From assembly GCF_001194135.2 (NCBI RefSeq), contig NC_069005.1:11008026-11072025 (forward strand): a stretch of DNA of 64,000 nt, given 5' to 3'. The position numbers and the translations under genes are program-made. Positions 12,788 to 25,511 of this stretch are shown here, in pieces. Each line of letters opens with the position of its first letter. Position 1 is the stretch's first letter. The notes beneath the pieces are model-generated. The model had not been told where the DNA came from and searched no databases. It worked only from the letters and a program-made list of their open reading frames with translations. Origin of the DNA: Octopus bimaculoides. Its lineage: Eukaryota.

Positions 12788-13524
12788 AAAGATGGAAAGT
12801 TTGGAGAATGGAAGAACGGAGAAAGAGGAAAATGGTACCGATGCCCACGAGGTTACATTATATATATTATATGATGTGCTTCTTTCAATATCCGTCTACC
12901 AAATCCACTCATGGCTTTGGTCAGCACGTGGCTATAGTAGAAGACGCTTGCCCAAGGTGCCACGCAGTGGGGACTGAACCCGGAACCATGTGATTAAGAA
13001 TCAAGCTTCTTACCACACGGTAAATAAATAACATGACTAGCATTGCCGTTGCTTCTCAAAAGCCTGTGCGGTTTCAGTTTCGAGTCACACTTGTGTTGGT
13101 GTTTCGGTCCTGGAGGAACATTAAGAGCGGGTTTCATGTTTCTTCTGTTGATGCCTCTCGGTGTTTACTGATTTATCGATTTCCTGGCATCTTCCGACTT
13201 TGTTTCCTCATAACATTCAGTAAAATGAAATATTCCACAAATACGTTTTACACGGTATAGATTCCGATCATGTCGGAATTTAACGTTAATAAAAAAATTG
13301 ATGAGCGCATACGTACTGGATGTTTTTTTTGTTTTTTTTTCAAGCTTCATGTAGAGTGTGTGTGTGTGTGTGTTCACTCACTCTTTTGTTTTTTGTTTCA
13401 GATATATACATCTGATATAATCGTAATTCACATCATCTGAGAGGTATTTGTAGAAAAATTAATCCGAAAACATTCTTCTGAAAATTGAGGGGAACCTACT
13501 TATGTAGCTTTTTCGAGTTAGTGA

Positions 13525-13625
13525 AGGCACATGGCTTAGTGGTTAGGGCATTCGGCTCGCGATTGTAAGGTCGTAAGATCGATTTCCGGAGGTACGTTGT
13601 GTCCCTGAGCGTGATACTTTTTCGG
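13525..13625 (+). mobile_element. tRNA-derived SINE head, family F
   Basis: GGCACATGGCTTAGTGGTTAGGGCATTCGG...GATCGATTTCCGG followed by TTGTGTCCCTGAGC. Similar heads at about 19555, 25535, 26410 and 48705. Confidence 0.6.
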
Positions 13626-14006
13626 GTAATTTTTCAGATTAATACCCGCACGACGATTTTGGCTCAAGGTGAACACTCTTTTTTAGGAAGAGGTGTTACG
13701 TCGATGGCATCGGCCCCATTGCTCAACTGTTATTTATTTTGATCGATTTCCCGAAAAGATGAAATGCTGCAGAAGGTGAAGAGCCGGAATAGATGCCGGT
13801 AACCAATTTTCCCAGCCCACAGCCCATTATATATATATATATATATATATATAACAAAAACAAAAAAACTGGGTGTTTATTTGTTTTGCAAGATTCTTGA
13901 AGTGAAATCTTGTTGAAACAATGTTATGCTTGGGGTGGTCATTTTTTTGCCTATTAAACACATTAATTCGATCTTCACTTTAGCTTTATTTTAATAACTT
14001 TACAAC

Positions 14007-14042
<36 letters not shown>

Positions 14043-15529
14043 ATTTTCCCAGAGGATGTAGCAACCGTTACCAATATAGCATAAGAATCGATATATCGAA
14101 TTTGAAGTCTCTGTCTCTTTTGAATATGAAAATTTAAAAGTTTAAAAACCTTATANNNNNNNNNNNNNNNNNNNNNNNNNNNNNNNNNNNNNNNNNNNNN
14201 NNNNNNNNNNNNNNNNNNNNNNNNNNNNNNNNNNNNNNNNNNNNNNNNNNNNNNNNNNNNNNNNNNNNNNNNTATATAACTTTACAGCTGATTAATACGT
14301 GTGTATGTATGTATAATTGAAATTAAGAAACCACTAAGTTAAGATCTTTTTTAAAAGATTTCAACGGAATTAGTTTTGGCGAGTCGCCGAATACTGGATG
14401 TTGGGTATGCTTGCTTGTTGCAGACATTTGTTAAATTTAAAATAATTCTGTGTAGAAACTTGTCTTTAAGAAAGGTTCTTTTTTCATGTTTTAGTCAAGT
14501 GGTGTGTGTTTATTATATGAAATGTGTTTTTTTTTTTTCTCAAATGTTTAGCGGTATGGATGAAATGGTTAATAAACCGTTTGTATATAAACTTAGATCG
14601 AATAGACGACGGGTTTAACTTACAGAAACTTAATGATATTTTTTAAAACTGTTTAAAACCTTCAACATAGTTCTTCAACAACGAGTGTGTGCTGTAGACA
14701 TGCACACATTTTCTCTTTCTTTCTTTTTCTCTCTCTCTCTCGTTCTCTTTCGTTGTCTGTCTCTTTGTCTCTCTCGCTTTCTTTCTTTCTCTAACACCGG
14801 GTATCCATCATTTTCGTTGCTGCAAATATTTGCAGAAGCGTCTTGGAATATTATTTTAAATTCTTTCAGAATGAATAATTTTTCTTTCGTTCCATTTTAG
14901 CCCCATTTTAACATCAAACCCGCTTCTAGTGTTTTAGACAAGAAAACTCTTTTAAAAGTCTTCACTCTTCCATCATAATTTTCTCTCCAGCAACTGGACT
15001 GGTTCTCATATCGGTTCTGTTAGTTTATCCCTCATTAAGTCGTCCCCAAATTCTTAATTTCGAAATGGAAGCCTTATATTTCGTCATAGTCACGGTTTTT
15101 TTTTTTTAATAGCTTTATCTTTTACAATATTTTTCTTTCAACCATTCGACTCCGGCCATGCTGGGACATCGTCTTCAAAAGTTTCAGTCGAGCAAACTGA
15201 CCACCTCTTTTTCCAGTCTTTTTTTTTTTTTTTTTTTTTTACTTTCGAAGTCTAGTACTTTCGGTTTCTGTCGCCGAACCTTTAAATTAATGATGTAAAC
15301 AGTGAGTGGATGATGAGGTAATCGACACCCTCATCCACTCGCAGACATACATACCGGGCTTTTGCACAGTTTCCTTCCACATTCACTCGAAAGGCATTGG
15401 TCAGCCTGGAACCAGCAGAAGACACTTGCCCAAGCTGCCGTACAGTGAGACTGAACCCGGTTGCGAAGTGAACTTCATAATCACACAGCCATGCCCACGC
15501 ACACACACACACACACACATAAATATATC

Positions 15530-15653
15530 CCAACCACATGGTTCCGGGTTCAGTCCCACTGCGTGGTACCTAGGGCATGTTTCTACCATAGCCTCGGGCC
15601 GACCAAATCCTTGTGAATGGATTTGGTAGGTGGAAACTGAAAGAAACCCGTCA

Positions 15654-15706
<53 letters not shown>

Positions 15707-15880
15707 ATCTGTGCTTGTCCCCCCCCCCATCATCGCTTGACAACCGAGGTTAGTGTGTTTACGTCCTGTAACTCAGCAGTTTGGCAAAAGACCCGATAGA
15801 ATAAGTACTAGGCTTACAAAGAACGTCCTGGGATCGATTTGTTTGACTCGTGGCTGCAGTCAAATGACTGAAACAAGTAA
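15530..15880 (+). mobile_element. SINE family A copy, back-to-back with an opposite-strand head fragment at about 15300-15500
   Basis: Same core and 3' terminus as 3681-4075. Confidence 0.8.
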
Positions 15881-16547
15881 AATAAGTGTGTGTATGTATG
15901 TGTGTATATATATATATATATAGGAGTAAATATGCTAAGCAGTGTTTACATATAAACACAATTTAGGTTAGTTGAAATATGTTTGTCACATATTTCAACT
16001 GTTAAAGGTTTGTCATTCGACTGCACTCATACTGGGAACTGCCTTGAATTCCAGTCGCACTTATCGACCCCAGTATTTTTTTTTTTTTTGTAAAGCCTGG
16101 GATTTATTCTATCAACCTCTTTTACTGAAGCGTTAAGTTACAGGGATATAAACAAAGCGACACCAGTTGTCAAGCAATGGTGACGCATTCTTCAAGTTTC
16201 TGTCTGCCAAATCCACTCCCAAGTCTTTAGTCATCCTGAGGTGCTATGCAGTGGGACTGAACCTGGGACTATGTGATTGGGAAGCAAATGTCTTGCCACA
16301 CAGCCATGCCTGTAGTGTGTGTGTGTGTATAGCATTTTTTCTCAACAAAAATATATATATACCACTAATGACATTCACCTCAAGCCAACATAATAGGCTG
16401 TAAATAAGTGGTTCCTGCTTTTTTTGTTTCTCTACAAAGGACCACCTTATTTAAATGGATTCTCCCACGGGCCACAGGTTTTTGAATAGTGTCTACTCCA
16501 GTTACAATGCTTATTACCTAACTTGTTTTCCCAGTTTTGTAACAGTA

Positions 16548-17265
16548 CAAGGGTTAGCTAAAAAGTTCATAGGCTGATCAAGATAGTGTCGTGGAATGTG
16601 ACCGAATGACGTTTATTTTTCAACATAGTCCCTTTTGCGCTCCAGACTTCTTCCATCGGTGTTGCAGTGCTTGGATTCCATTGGTGAAGAAGCTTTCGTC
16701 CTGTTGTTCAGAATTGTCACCAACAGTAGATGTGTCATCATTGTGATACTGGTCCCCCCCCCCACCAGCCAAGTGTCTTGGAGAACAGATGATAGTCAGA
16801 TGGGGCCAAACCTGGAGGATAGTGAGAGTGATCTACCAGTTCAAAGCCAGTTATGCTCAGCAGCCACTAAAACCATGGACTTGTGTGCTGGAGCATTGTC
16901 CTGATAAAACAAAACCCCTTTTGTCAGTTTTCTTGGCCATTTGGTCTTGATAGCCTTTTGTAACTGTCTCAGTAAGTTGGCATAGTACTCTTCATTGATG
17001 GTGTGACCCTTTTGAAGATTGTCAAACACAATGCCTTTTGCATCCGAACAACCCGAGGCCATCACTACGGTGCCACATTTTGTCCATTTTTCAAGAGACA
17101 TTGCTACTAGTTAGCTTTGAAGTTTTCTTTAAACAGTCAGATGACAGTTTACCTGACAAAAAAAAAAAAAAAATCTGTTAAGGGTTGAAATTAATGCATG
17201 CAAGGTATCACCGCTCTTGCATCACTCCTTCATAGTCAGCCTGTGAACTCTTCGGCTCACCCTCA
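16548..17265 (-). mobile_element. Internally deleted mariner transposon (irritans/Himar-like)
   Basis: TA-flanked TIRs of about 30 bp (CAAGGGTTAGCTAAAAAGTTCATAGGCTGA / TCAGCCTGTGAACTCTTCGGCTCACCCTCA). Minus-strand VMASGCSDAKGIVFDNLQKGHTINEEYYANLLRQLQKAIKTKWPRKLTKGVLFYQDNAPAH and C-terminal ESFFTNGIQALQHRWKK. Confidence 0.9.
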
Positions 17266-18101
17266 TAATTTTCATAGTGGCCTATTTTGAATGTAACTCG
17301 TAGGACCACTGCTCTGTGTGGTAATTAGATGTGCTAGAAATGGCAACCTCATCTCCTTCAAAGCAACTACATGCTGTCCCTTACCTGTCTTGTGTATCGT
17401 GTGGGACGCACTGGACATAATTCTTTGGCATCCATGTGTTTTATGATACGTATCCCCAATTTTTCTTTTTCGGCCTCTACTGAGAAGTGTTACCTTTTAG
17501 AGACAGGTGAGTTAGCAAGAGCATCCAACCATTGAAAAATCAGTCTCGACACACTTCATCTGATCCTTGCAAGTGACGAGATATACATACACTTGCACAA
17601 AATGAAAGTTATTCTTTCAAAATGGTCTTGGGACAAACACTCCCCAGGGGAGACGACTCAAATACACAAATTTGGTTTTGTGACAATATTAACCAAGCCG
17701 AACCACTCTCAAGCCATTTAAAAAAAACAATGCACTCACTCGACTCGCTAGACAAAGCAGTCAAATCTTCATTACAGCCTTAAATAAAAACAAAAGCTGA
17801 ATATAGGAGGAAGTTATGGTTGGAAAGTCTTTGATGGTAGATAGATGCGGAGGACCAATGGTAACTAAAGGTTGAACAAATACACATATGCACCAAGTGA
17901 TCTAACGAGGAAATTAACTGTTACAGAGGTGAGTCAGTGTTTGGGGGTCTTTTAAAATGCCCTACAATAAATTTTTAGAACTGTTTGCATCAACTGAAAC
18001 CCTATTTGAGCTGACCAGTTTTACTGGATCAAAGGACTTCTGGTTATGAGTGAATGGAAATTTTTCCAGCACAGTCTTTACGGCCTACATTAATCCTGTG
18101 T

Positions 18102-18485
18102 GGAGGTGCAATGGCCCAGTGGTTAGGGCAGCGGACTCGTGGTCGTAGGAGCGCAGTTTCGATTTCCAGACCAGGCGTTGTGAGTGTTTATTGAGCGAAA
18201 ACACCTAATGCTCCACGAGGCTTTGGCAGGGAATGGTGGCGAACCCTGCTGTACTCTTCCACCACAACTTTCTCTCACTCTTACTTCCTGTTTCTGTTGT
18301 GCCTGTAATTCAAAGGGCCAGCCTTGTCACACTGTGTCACGCTGAATCTCCCCGAGAACTACGTTAAGGGTACACGTGCCTGTGGAGTGCTCAGCCACTT
18401 GCACGTTAATTTCACGAGCAGGCTGTTCCGTTGATAGGATCAACTGGAACCCTCGACGTCGTAAGCGACGGAGTGCCAACAACAA
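18102..18485 (+). mobile_element. tRNA(Arg-like)-derived SINE with (AAC)n tail, full length with TSD
   Basis: Head GGTGCAATGGCCCAGTGGTTAGGGCAGCGGACTCG...GTTTCGATTTCC; 11-bp TSD TAATCCTGTGT at 18091-18101 and 18486-18496; highly similar to 34898-35276. Confidence 0.85.
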
Positions 18486-18801
18486 TAATCCTGTGTAGTT
18501 ATTGCATTTAATCCTTGGTGTATCCAACACATTTGCATAAGTTTGACCTAAACATCGGTGCTTGCTTTCAAAGTTTAAACCTAATTTTAAATGTGGTTAT
18601 GAGGTGGAGTGTGTTATCTAAGAGCAGAAACCTGACTGATGTAAAAAGGCTCAATATTCCTTGTTTAGCATCCGTTTACCATGCTGGCATAGGTTAAACG
18701 GTTTGACTGGAACTGGTAAGCCAGAGAGCTGCACGCGGCTCCAGTCTGTTTTGGTTTGCTTTCTCTGGCTAGATGCCCTTCCTAATGCTAACCAGCCAAT
18801 A

Positions 18802-19187
18802 CTCTTTTACTTGTTTCAGTCATTTGACTGCGGCCATGCTGGAGCACCACCTTTAGTTGAACAAATCGACCCCAGGACTTATTCTTTGTAAGCCTAGTAC
18901 TTATTCTATCGGTCTCTTTGGCCGAACCGCTAGGTTACGGGGAACGTAAACATACCACCATTGGTTGTCAAGCGATGCTGGGGGAACAGACACACAAATA
19001 CACATATATATATATACATATACATGACTGGCTTCTTTTAGTTTCCGTCTACCAAATCCACTCACAGGGCTTTGGTCGGCTCGAGGCTATAGGAGAAGAC
19101 ACTTGCCCAAGGTGCCACGCAGTGGGACTGAACCCAGAACCATGTGGTTGGTAAGCAAGCTACTTACCACACAGCCACTCCTGCGCC
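18802..19187 (-). mobile_element. SINE family A, full length, nested in a family B repeat
   Basis: Complete reverse copy; CCAATA occurs at both junctions and the family B sequence resumes after 19187. Confidence 0.85.
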
Positions 19188-20068
19188 AATAGTGTACTGG
19201 GTGCCTTTTACATGTCACCAGCAACTGGCCAAATTTCTGCCTCTAATAATTTTCATAAGAAGTGGACACAGGATAACTAATCCACACAAATATTTTGAAA
19301 GAAACACATACTGGATGGGATAACATAAGGAAATATGAATAATAAATCACTTCAATTTAAAATGCTATCTTTTCTCTCTCTGTAAAACCTTTGTAAAATG
19401 TCGTTTAGAGAATTGCTAGTATGTGGTAACAGACATGTCCAACCCATCCTTACGTGGAAATTATGAAATATCAATTGACTGTATTTTTTTTTTCCTCTAT
19501 TTTTGTCACTTGCTGTGATATTTGCAGAGGGTGTATGCAGTTTGTGTGATGAGACGTGGCCTGGTGGTTAAGTTTTGCATTCATGATAGCAAGATCATGG
19601 TTTCAAATCGTGGACCAGTTGTGGTGCATTGTATACTTGAGCAAATCGCTTCCATATTACTCCAGTCCACTCAACGGTAAATGAGTTCCAGCAATTAGCT
19701 GGGAAGCAAGTTCCTTAGTGAACCAATGTCCTTTCCAGAGAAGAGCAGTGTAATCTGGAAACTGGGTTAATTTCCAGCCTTACAAATCCTGGGCCTAATG
19801 GCACACTTAAGGAGTTTGTACATCTATCCCTTTGTTTCCATCAATGACAGTCTTTTGTCTTTTACCGGCTTCAGTCATTGGATAACGACCATGCTAAGGC
19901 ATCACCTTGAAGGGTTTTAGTTGAACCCCCCCTCCCATACTTTTTTAAGTCTGGCACTTATTCTTTCAGTCTCTATTGCTGAACTGTTAAGTTATGGGGA
20001 TGTAAACAAACCAACACTGGTTGCCAAGCTTTGTGGGGTGTAGACAGTGTCACACAGATACACACACA

Positions 20069-20098
<30 letters not shown>

Positions 20099-20099
<1 letters not shown>

Positions 20100-21436
20100 C
20101 TATATATATAAAAATGAGAATGTGTGTCTGTCTGTCTGTCTGTCTGTGAATCCCTAAAACTCGAGAACTACGCAACCAATTTCATTCAAATTTTACACAT
20201 GCCTTACTTAGGGTTCCAGTTGTGTTTTAGTCAAAAAAAATTATTAACTTCTTGCAGAGTTCGAGCACACGGCAACATAATATCTCCTCCACTATTTAAG
20301 TATTACGTGTCAAAAGTGAAACAAAAACACTCATGTCAAATACTTTCACTTTAAAAATGAAACTATTCCACTNNNNNNNNNNNNNNNNNNNNNNNNNNNN
20401 NNNNNNNNNNNNNNNNNNNNNNNNNNNNNNNNNNNNNNNNNNNNNNNNNNNNNNNNNNNNNNNNNNNNNNNNNNNNNNNNNNNNNNNNNNNNNNNNNNNN
20501 NNNNNNNNNNNNNNNNNNNNNNNNNNNNNNNNNNNNNNNNNNNNNNNNNNNNNNNNNNNNNNNNNNNNNNNNNNNNNNNNNNNNNNNNNNNNNNNNNNNN
20601 NNNNNNNNNNNNNNNNNNNNNNNNNNNNNNNNNNNNNNNNNNNNNNNNNNNNNNNNNNNNNNNNNNNNNNNNNNNNNNNNNNNNNNNNNNNNNNNNNNNN
20701 NNNNNNNNNNNNNNNNNNNNNNNNNNNNNNNNNNNNNNNNNNNNNNNNNNNNNNNNNNNNNNNNNNNNNNNNNNNNNNNNNNNNNNNNNNNNNNNNNNNN
20801 NNNNNNNNNNNNNNNNNNNNNNNNNNNNNNNNNNNNNNNNNNNNNNNNNNNNNNNNNNNNNNNNNNNNNNNNNNNNNNNNNNNNNNNNNNNNNNNNNNNN
20901 NNNNNNNNNNNNNNNNNNNNNNNNNNNNNNNNNNNNNNNNNNNNNNNNNNNNNNNNNNNNNNNNNNNNNNNNNNNNNNNNNNNNNNNNNNNNNNNNNNNN
21001 NNNNNNNNNNNNNNNNNNNNNNNNNNNNNNNNNNNNNNNNNNNNNNNNNNNNNNNNNNNNNNNNNNNNNNNNNNNNNNNCTGTAGCTGGTCTTCTCTTGG
21101 AAGAGCCCTGCTTCTCACATGGACAACTGTATGTTGGCTGCTCAAGAGTGGGCAGCAACAAAAAACCTATTTGTATATGCTCCACAAGGGAAAACAAGGA
21201 ACATAGTTTACAATGAGGTGTTATAATCACAACAGCAAGTAAGTATGTACATGATCACCTTCTTTTACGAAACTTCATTGACTTTCATATATTTATATTG
21301 ATATACATATATATACGTGTGTTTGGGTGCGTGTGTGTATATACATCTCTATATATAAAGATGATGCGTAGTCTAGACGGCGTTTTTAGATTTCATTATT
21401 CTCTTTAACCCGGGCAACGCCGGGTATTTCTGCTAG
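20099..21436 (+). mobile_element. Helitron spanning the 20373-21079 gap; non-autonomous or collapsed in assembly
   Basis: 5' A|TCTATATATATAAAAATGAGAATG with a (TCTG)n tract. 21082-21226 translates (one extra A in a homopolymer) as VAGLLLEEPCFSHGQLYVGCSRVGSNKNLFVYAPQGKTRNIVYNEVL*, the Pif1-helicase C-terminus of Helitron RepHel. The 3' hairpin CCCGG-GCAACG-CCGGG lies 8 nt before CTAG|T at 21436. Confidence 0.85.
20373..21079. other. Assembly gap (largest). Other N-runs at about 9326-9702, 12532-12663, 14156-14272, 27116-27422, 44494-44735 and 61192-61435
   Basis: N characters; most gaps abut microsatellites. Confidence 1.
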
Positions 21437-22111
21437 TATATATAATATATATATATATATGTATAATGTATGTCTCTGTCTGCATACAGAAGGGGCTTCC
21501 ACATATTTTCTATCTACCAAATTCACTCAGAAGCATTGATCTGTCTAGTGGTGGGGACTATAGTAGACTACAGCCCTGGGGCTATAGTCTACTATAGCCT
21601 CAGACAGACACTTGCACAAACTGTCATGCAGTGGGACTGAACTTGAAACCAAATGGTTGCATGGTGAGCTTCTTCATCACACAGCCATACCTGCAATGTT
21701 TAAAATTAAACAAATCATAACTTTAAAAAAATGTCTGCTTGATGACTAGCAAATACATTAGTAAGTTGTGATTTGAGTGGGATTAGGCTGCAGTTTCTAG
21801 CAGGTTGAGACTGCATAGAGCAGTGGTTCTCAACTGTGGCTCCCTGAGTTGCATGTGGCCCTCAAGCATCCTTCTGGCAGCCCCCTCCACATGGTCTTCC
21901 CTCTGTAAATTCTTTTGTCATTTGTCATGCTGGAGCACTGCCTTAAAGGGTTTTATTTGAAGAAATCTACCCCAGGACTTATTCTTTGTAAGCCTAGTAC
22001 TTGTTGTATTGGTCTCTTTTGCTGAACTGCTAAGTTACAGGGACATAAACACACCAGCATTGGTTGTCAAGTGATGGCATGGTGGTGGGGGACACACACA
22101 AATGTGTGTGT

Positions 22112-22312
22112 TATTTCTTTACTACCCACAAGGGGCTACACACAGAGGGGACAAACAAAGACAGACAAACGGATTAAGTCGATTATATCAACCCCAGTGC
22201 GTAACTGGTACTTATTTAATCGACCCCGAAAGGATGAAAGGCAAAGTCGACCTCGGCGGAATTTGAACTCAGAACGTAACGGCAGACGAAATACCGCTAA
22301 GCATTTCGCCCG
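22112..22312 (-). mobile_element. tRNA-derived SINE family C, nested in a family A copy
   Basis: On the minus strand, B-box GAGTTCAAATTCC and central GCCTTTCATCCTTTCGGGGTCGAT-AAATAAGTACCAG. Other copies at about 1190-1375 (+), 5450-5620 (+), 25020-25230, 29190-29396, 40160-40300, 49440-49630 and 56395-56620. Confidence 0.8.
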
Positions 22313-22699
22313 TGTGTGTGTATGATGGGTTTCTTTCAGTTTCTGTCTACCAAATCCACTCAAAAGGCTTTGGTTGGCCTGAGGCTACAGAAGACACTCA
22401 ACCAAGGTGTCACAGTGAGACTGAACCTGGAGCTATGTGGTTGGGAAGCAAGCTCCTTACCACACAACCACTCCTACGCCTAAGAAAAAAATCCAGGTTT
22501 TGAATGTGGCCTGGATATTAAGAATGTTGAGCACTGGAATAAATATTCCTAAACAGTTTGAATTTATGTGAAGGTTACAGATAAAGGTGTATTACCTTTG
22601 AGCAGACACTTTGAAATAACATCTCATCCAAGCAAGCATGGGGAAAATGGATGTTAAATGATGGTCTACTGTCCTACACCTGCTGAAAGTTGAGAATAA

Positions 22700-22990
22700 A
22701 TCCATTTAGATTTGGCAAAGTACAAGGATGCGGCTTTCTAGTAAGTATTTAAATATATACAATCAAAAGGTCCTCAGTTGTGCAAGTGGGCAGTACTGCT
22801 ATTTATGAAATCGATGAAATTCCAATATGTGTTTGCACTGCTTGGTAGTTGCCAAAAATAATTGTAATAATGGGCACCAATTCAAATCTAGTGAATTTCA
22901 GAAATGGTACCGATTCAGAGCTATGACTGGTAGTCCCTTTCACCTGCCATCTATTCAGGAAGGTGGGAGTTTGGTCAGACCTTTCAAAGT
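22700..22990 (+). mobile_element. Decayed Gypsy LTR-retrotransposon integrase core
   Basis: IHLDLA... and NNGHQFKSSEFQKW...GSPFHLPSIQEGGSLVRPFK resemble RIHIDFA / SDNGxQFxSxEF / PYHPxSNGxAERxVRTFK, with stops and frameshifts. Confidence 0.55.
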
Positions 22991-25470
22991 TGTGAAAATT
23001 CTTTGGATAGGTAAAACAGTAAAGCTTCAAGAATTACTTTTCCTAAGTTTTCGTAAGCCCCCTTTTTTTAAATTTTTTTATTTTTTTATTTTTTTTTAAG
23101 TTTACCCTGAATGTCCATGTTTGTTTTCAGATATTTAGTTAACTCTGGTTTCATGCATTCTGAGTAATATAAAACTTTCCTTTCCGATGCTGGTGTGTTT
23201 ATGTCCCCGTAACTTAGCAGTTCGGCAAAAGAGATTGATAGAATAAGTACTAGGCATCCAAAGAATTAGTCCTGGGGTCGATTTGCTCGACTAAAGGTGG
23301 TGCTCCAGCATGGCCGCAGTCAAATGACTGAAACAAGTAAAAGAGTAAGAGTATAAGTCCCAAATCACTCTGGTGCCCCCTGCCAAAAAAAAATTGGGTA
23401 TGTGCATCAGATATGATGCATGGAAAAATGTCCTGTGTATCATATGTGATACCCATAGCGGACAAAGAGTTCGCTGGGCTTTTACAATGTTTCCAGTGAA
23501 CTCCATGCTTAACAACTGGCAAAGTATCAGCGCTCTCGTTGCGGGTCAGAGAGTTCAGTTGTCATTGATCGATCTCAAAAATATGTCAAGACTGAAACAA
23601 AGTGGATATATGGTGTTTGTCTGAAAACAAAAATGAATGCTAGATTTTTTTTTTTTTCACTAGGGATTTCTCAGCTGAACTGTGCTTATTACAGGGCACT
23701 GTAGTTGTGATCCTTAGTTCTCTGTTGTAACAGTTCTCAACCATTTTCGCATCAATGGGCCAGTTTCATGCAGGACAATTTTTTCATGAACTGGGGGATC
23801 ATGCACGTATCTAATTACATATTTAATCCAAAAACACCTTGTAGAATGCGATAGTCAATAAAACAGAAATAAAAATTAAAGATCAATTTTTATGTGGCTT
23901 AGTACCAAATGATCTACAGCCTAGTGTTTGGGGGCCCCTTGGTCTATTGTATGCACTCAGAACAAACCATTGTTTACCATTTGCTTGTTTCAGTCAATAG
24001 ACTGTGCCCATGTTGGGGCACCACCTTGAATTTTTAGTTGAATGAATCGACCTAACTATTTTTTTAAGCCTGGTACTTATTCTGTTGGTTTCTCTTGCTG
24101 AACCACTAAGTTACAGGAATGTAAACAAATCGACCAGTTGTCAAATAGTGACGGGAGACACGCATGATCAGTTTCTTTGCTTCCATCTACCAAATCCACT
24201 CGTAAGGCTTTGGTCAGCTCAAGGCTGTAATAGACACTTGCCCAAGGTGCCATGCAATGGGACTGAACCATGTGGTTGGGAAGCAAACTTCTTTCCACAC
24301 AACCACATTTCGGGAATGTGGATGCAAATTTCAAAAAGGTTGATCCCATGGTCTAACTGGATGACAGCCAGAACTTAGATAACAACAAAACAACTGGTGC
24401 GCTAGTGAATGCACAACAGCCTACCTTGAGAGAACTGACAAGAACTAATTGTGGTTGGCCAGCTGAAAGGCTCATTTAACTTTGAAAGAGGGTGTGGCTT
24501 TTTTCTATTTTGTGTGTGTACATAGCTGAAAACCATTTGCATAATGTGTCATTTGTATTCCTGCTGTGTGTAATTTATAACCAATCTTATACTGGTACAT
24601 ATCTATTATACCACACTGTCCTCTAGTAATCTGATCTGTTTCTTGCCAGGTTTTGTTTCTGCACCACACAGGTCCAAAACATCCTGTTGACCTATTGTCG
24701 CTAACCACTGACCTCCCTCCACCTCAGTTCCAATATATTTCATAAGCATTCATGTAGTAGTTTGTATTTCAACCCTATTTTGAAGATGCACTTGAAAACT
24801 GATATCTGTTTGTTTTATCTTTTTGCTTGGACTATGGCCATGCTGGAGCACCACTTTGAAAGCTTTAGTTGAATTGACCTCCAGTACTTTTTTTTTTTTT
24901 TTGTAAAGTCTGTGGCACTGATATTGTTTCATTTACCAAACTGCTGAGTGATAGGGATGTAAACATAGCAACACTGGTTGTGAAACAGTGGTAGGAGACA
25001 GATGCAGGCTTGTTTTAGTTATTTCTTTATTGCCCACAAGGGGCTAAACAGAGGGGACAAACAAGGACAGACAAAAGGATTAAGTCGATTACATCGACCT
25101 CAGTGCATAACTGGTACTTAATTTATCAACGCCGAAAGGATGAAAGGCAAAGTCGACCTTGGTGGAATTTGAAATCAGAACATAACGGCAGATGAAATAT
25201 CGCTAAGCATTTTGCCCGGCGTGCTAACGTTTGTCTGCCAAATCCACTCTCAAGGCATTGTTCAGCCTAGTAGTCACTTGCCCAAGGTGCTATGCAGTGG
25301 GACTTGGAACCTCTAAGACCACATGATTGGAAAAAGCAAACTTCTTAGCTGCATTACTATGCAAATATGTTATTCATTATATTTTATAATTTGTGATTAT
25401 TCACTAGTCTTGGTTATCAATTGCAGAAATATTTGTAACAGATATACCAACTTCCTGCCAATCTCTCATA

Positions 25471-25511
<41 letters not shown>

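Noticed and set aside
18102-18180. tRNA-like cloverleaf heads (also 13525, 34901 and family A/C heads)
   Set aside because: They continue directly into SINE bodies with tails and TSDs and lack proper acceptor stems, so they are not tRNA genes.
23400-23630. VVIDRSQKYVKTETKWIYG resembling an ISXO2/IS1595-like transposase motif, and an 83-aa ORF
   Set aside because: Similarity is marginal, motif order is inconsistent, and no TIRs were found.
24505-24745. Protein-like minus-strand stretch MKYIGTEVEGGQWLATIGQQDVLDLCGAETKPGKKQIRLLEDSVV
   Set aside because: No credible acceptor, truncated by a SINE, and weakly resembles fossil LINE C-terminal sequence.
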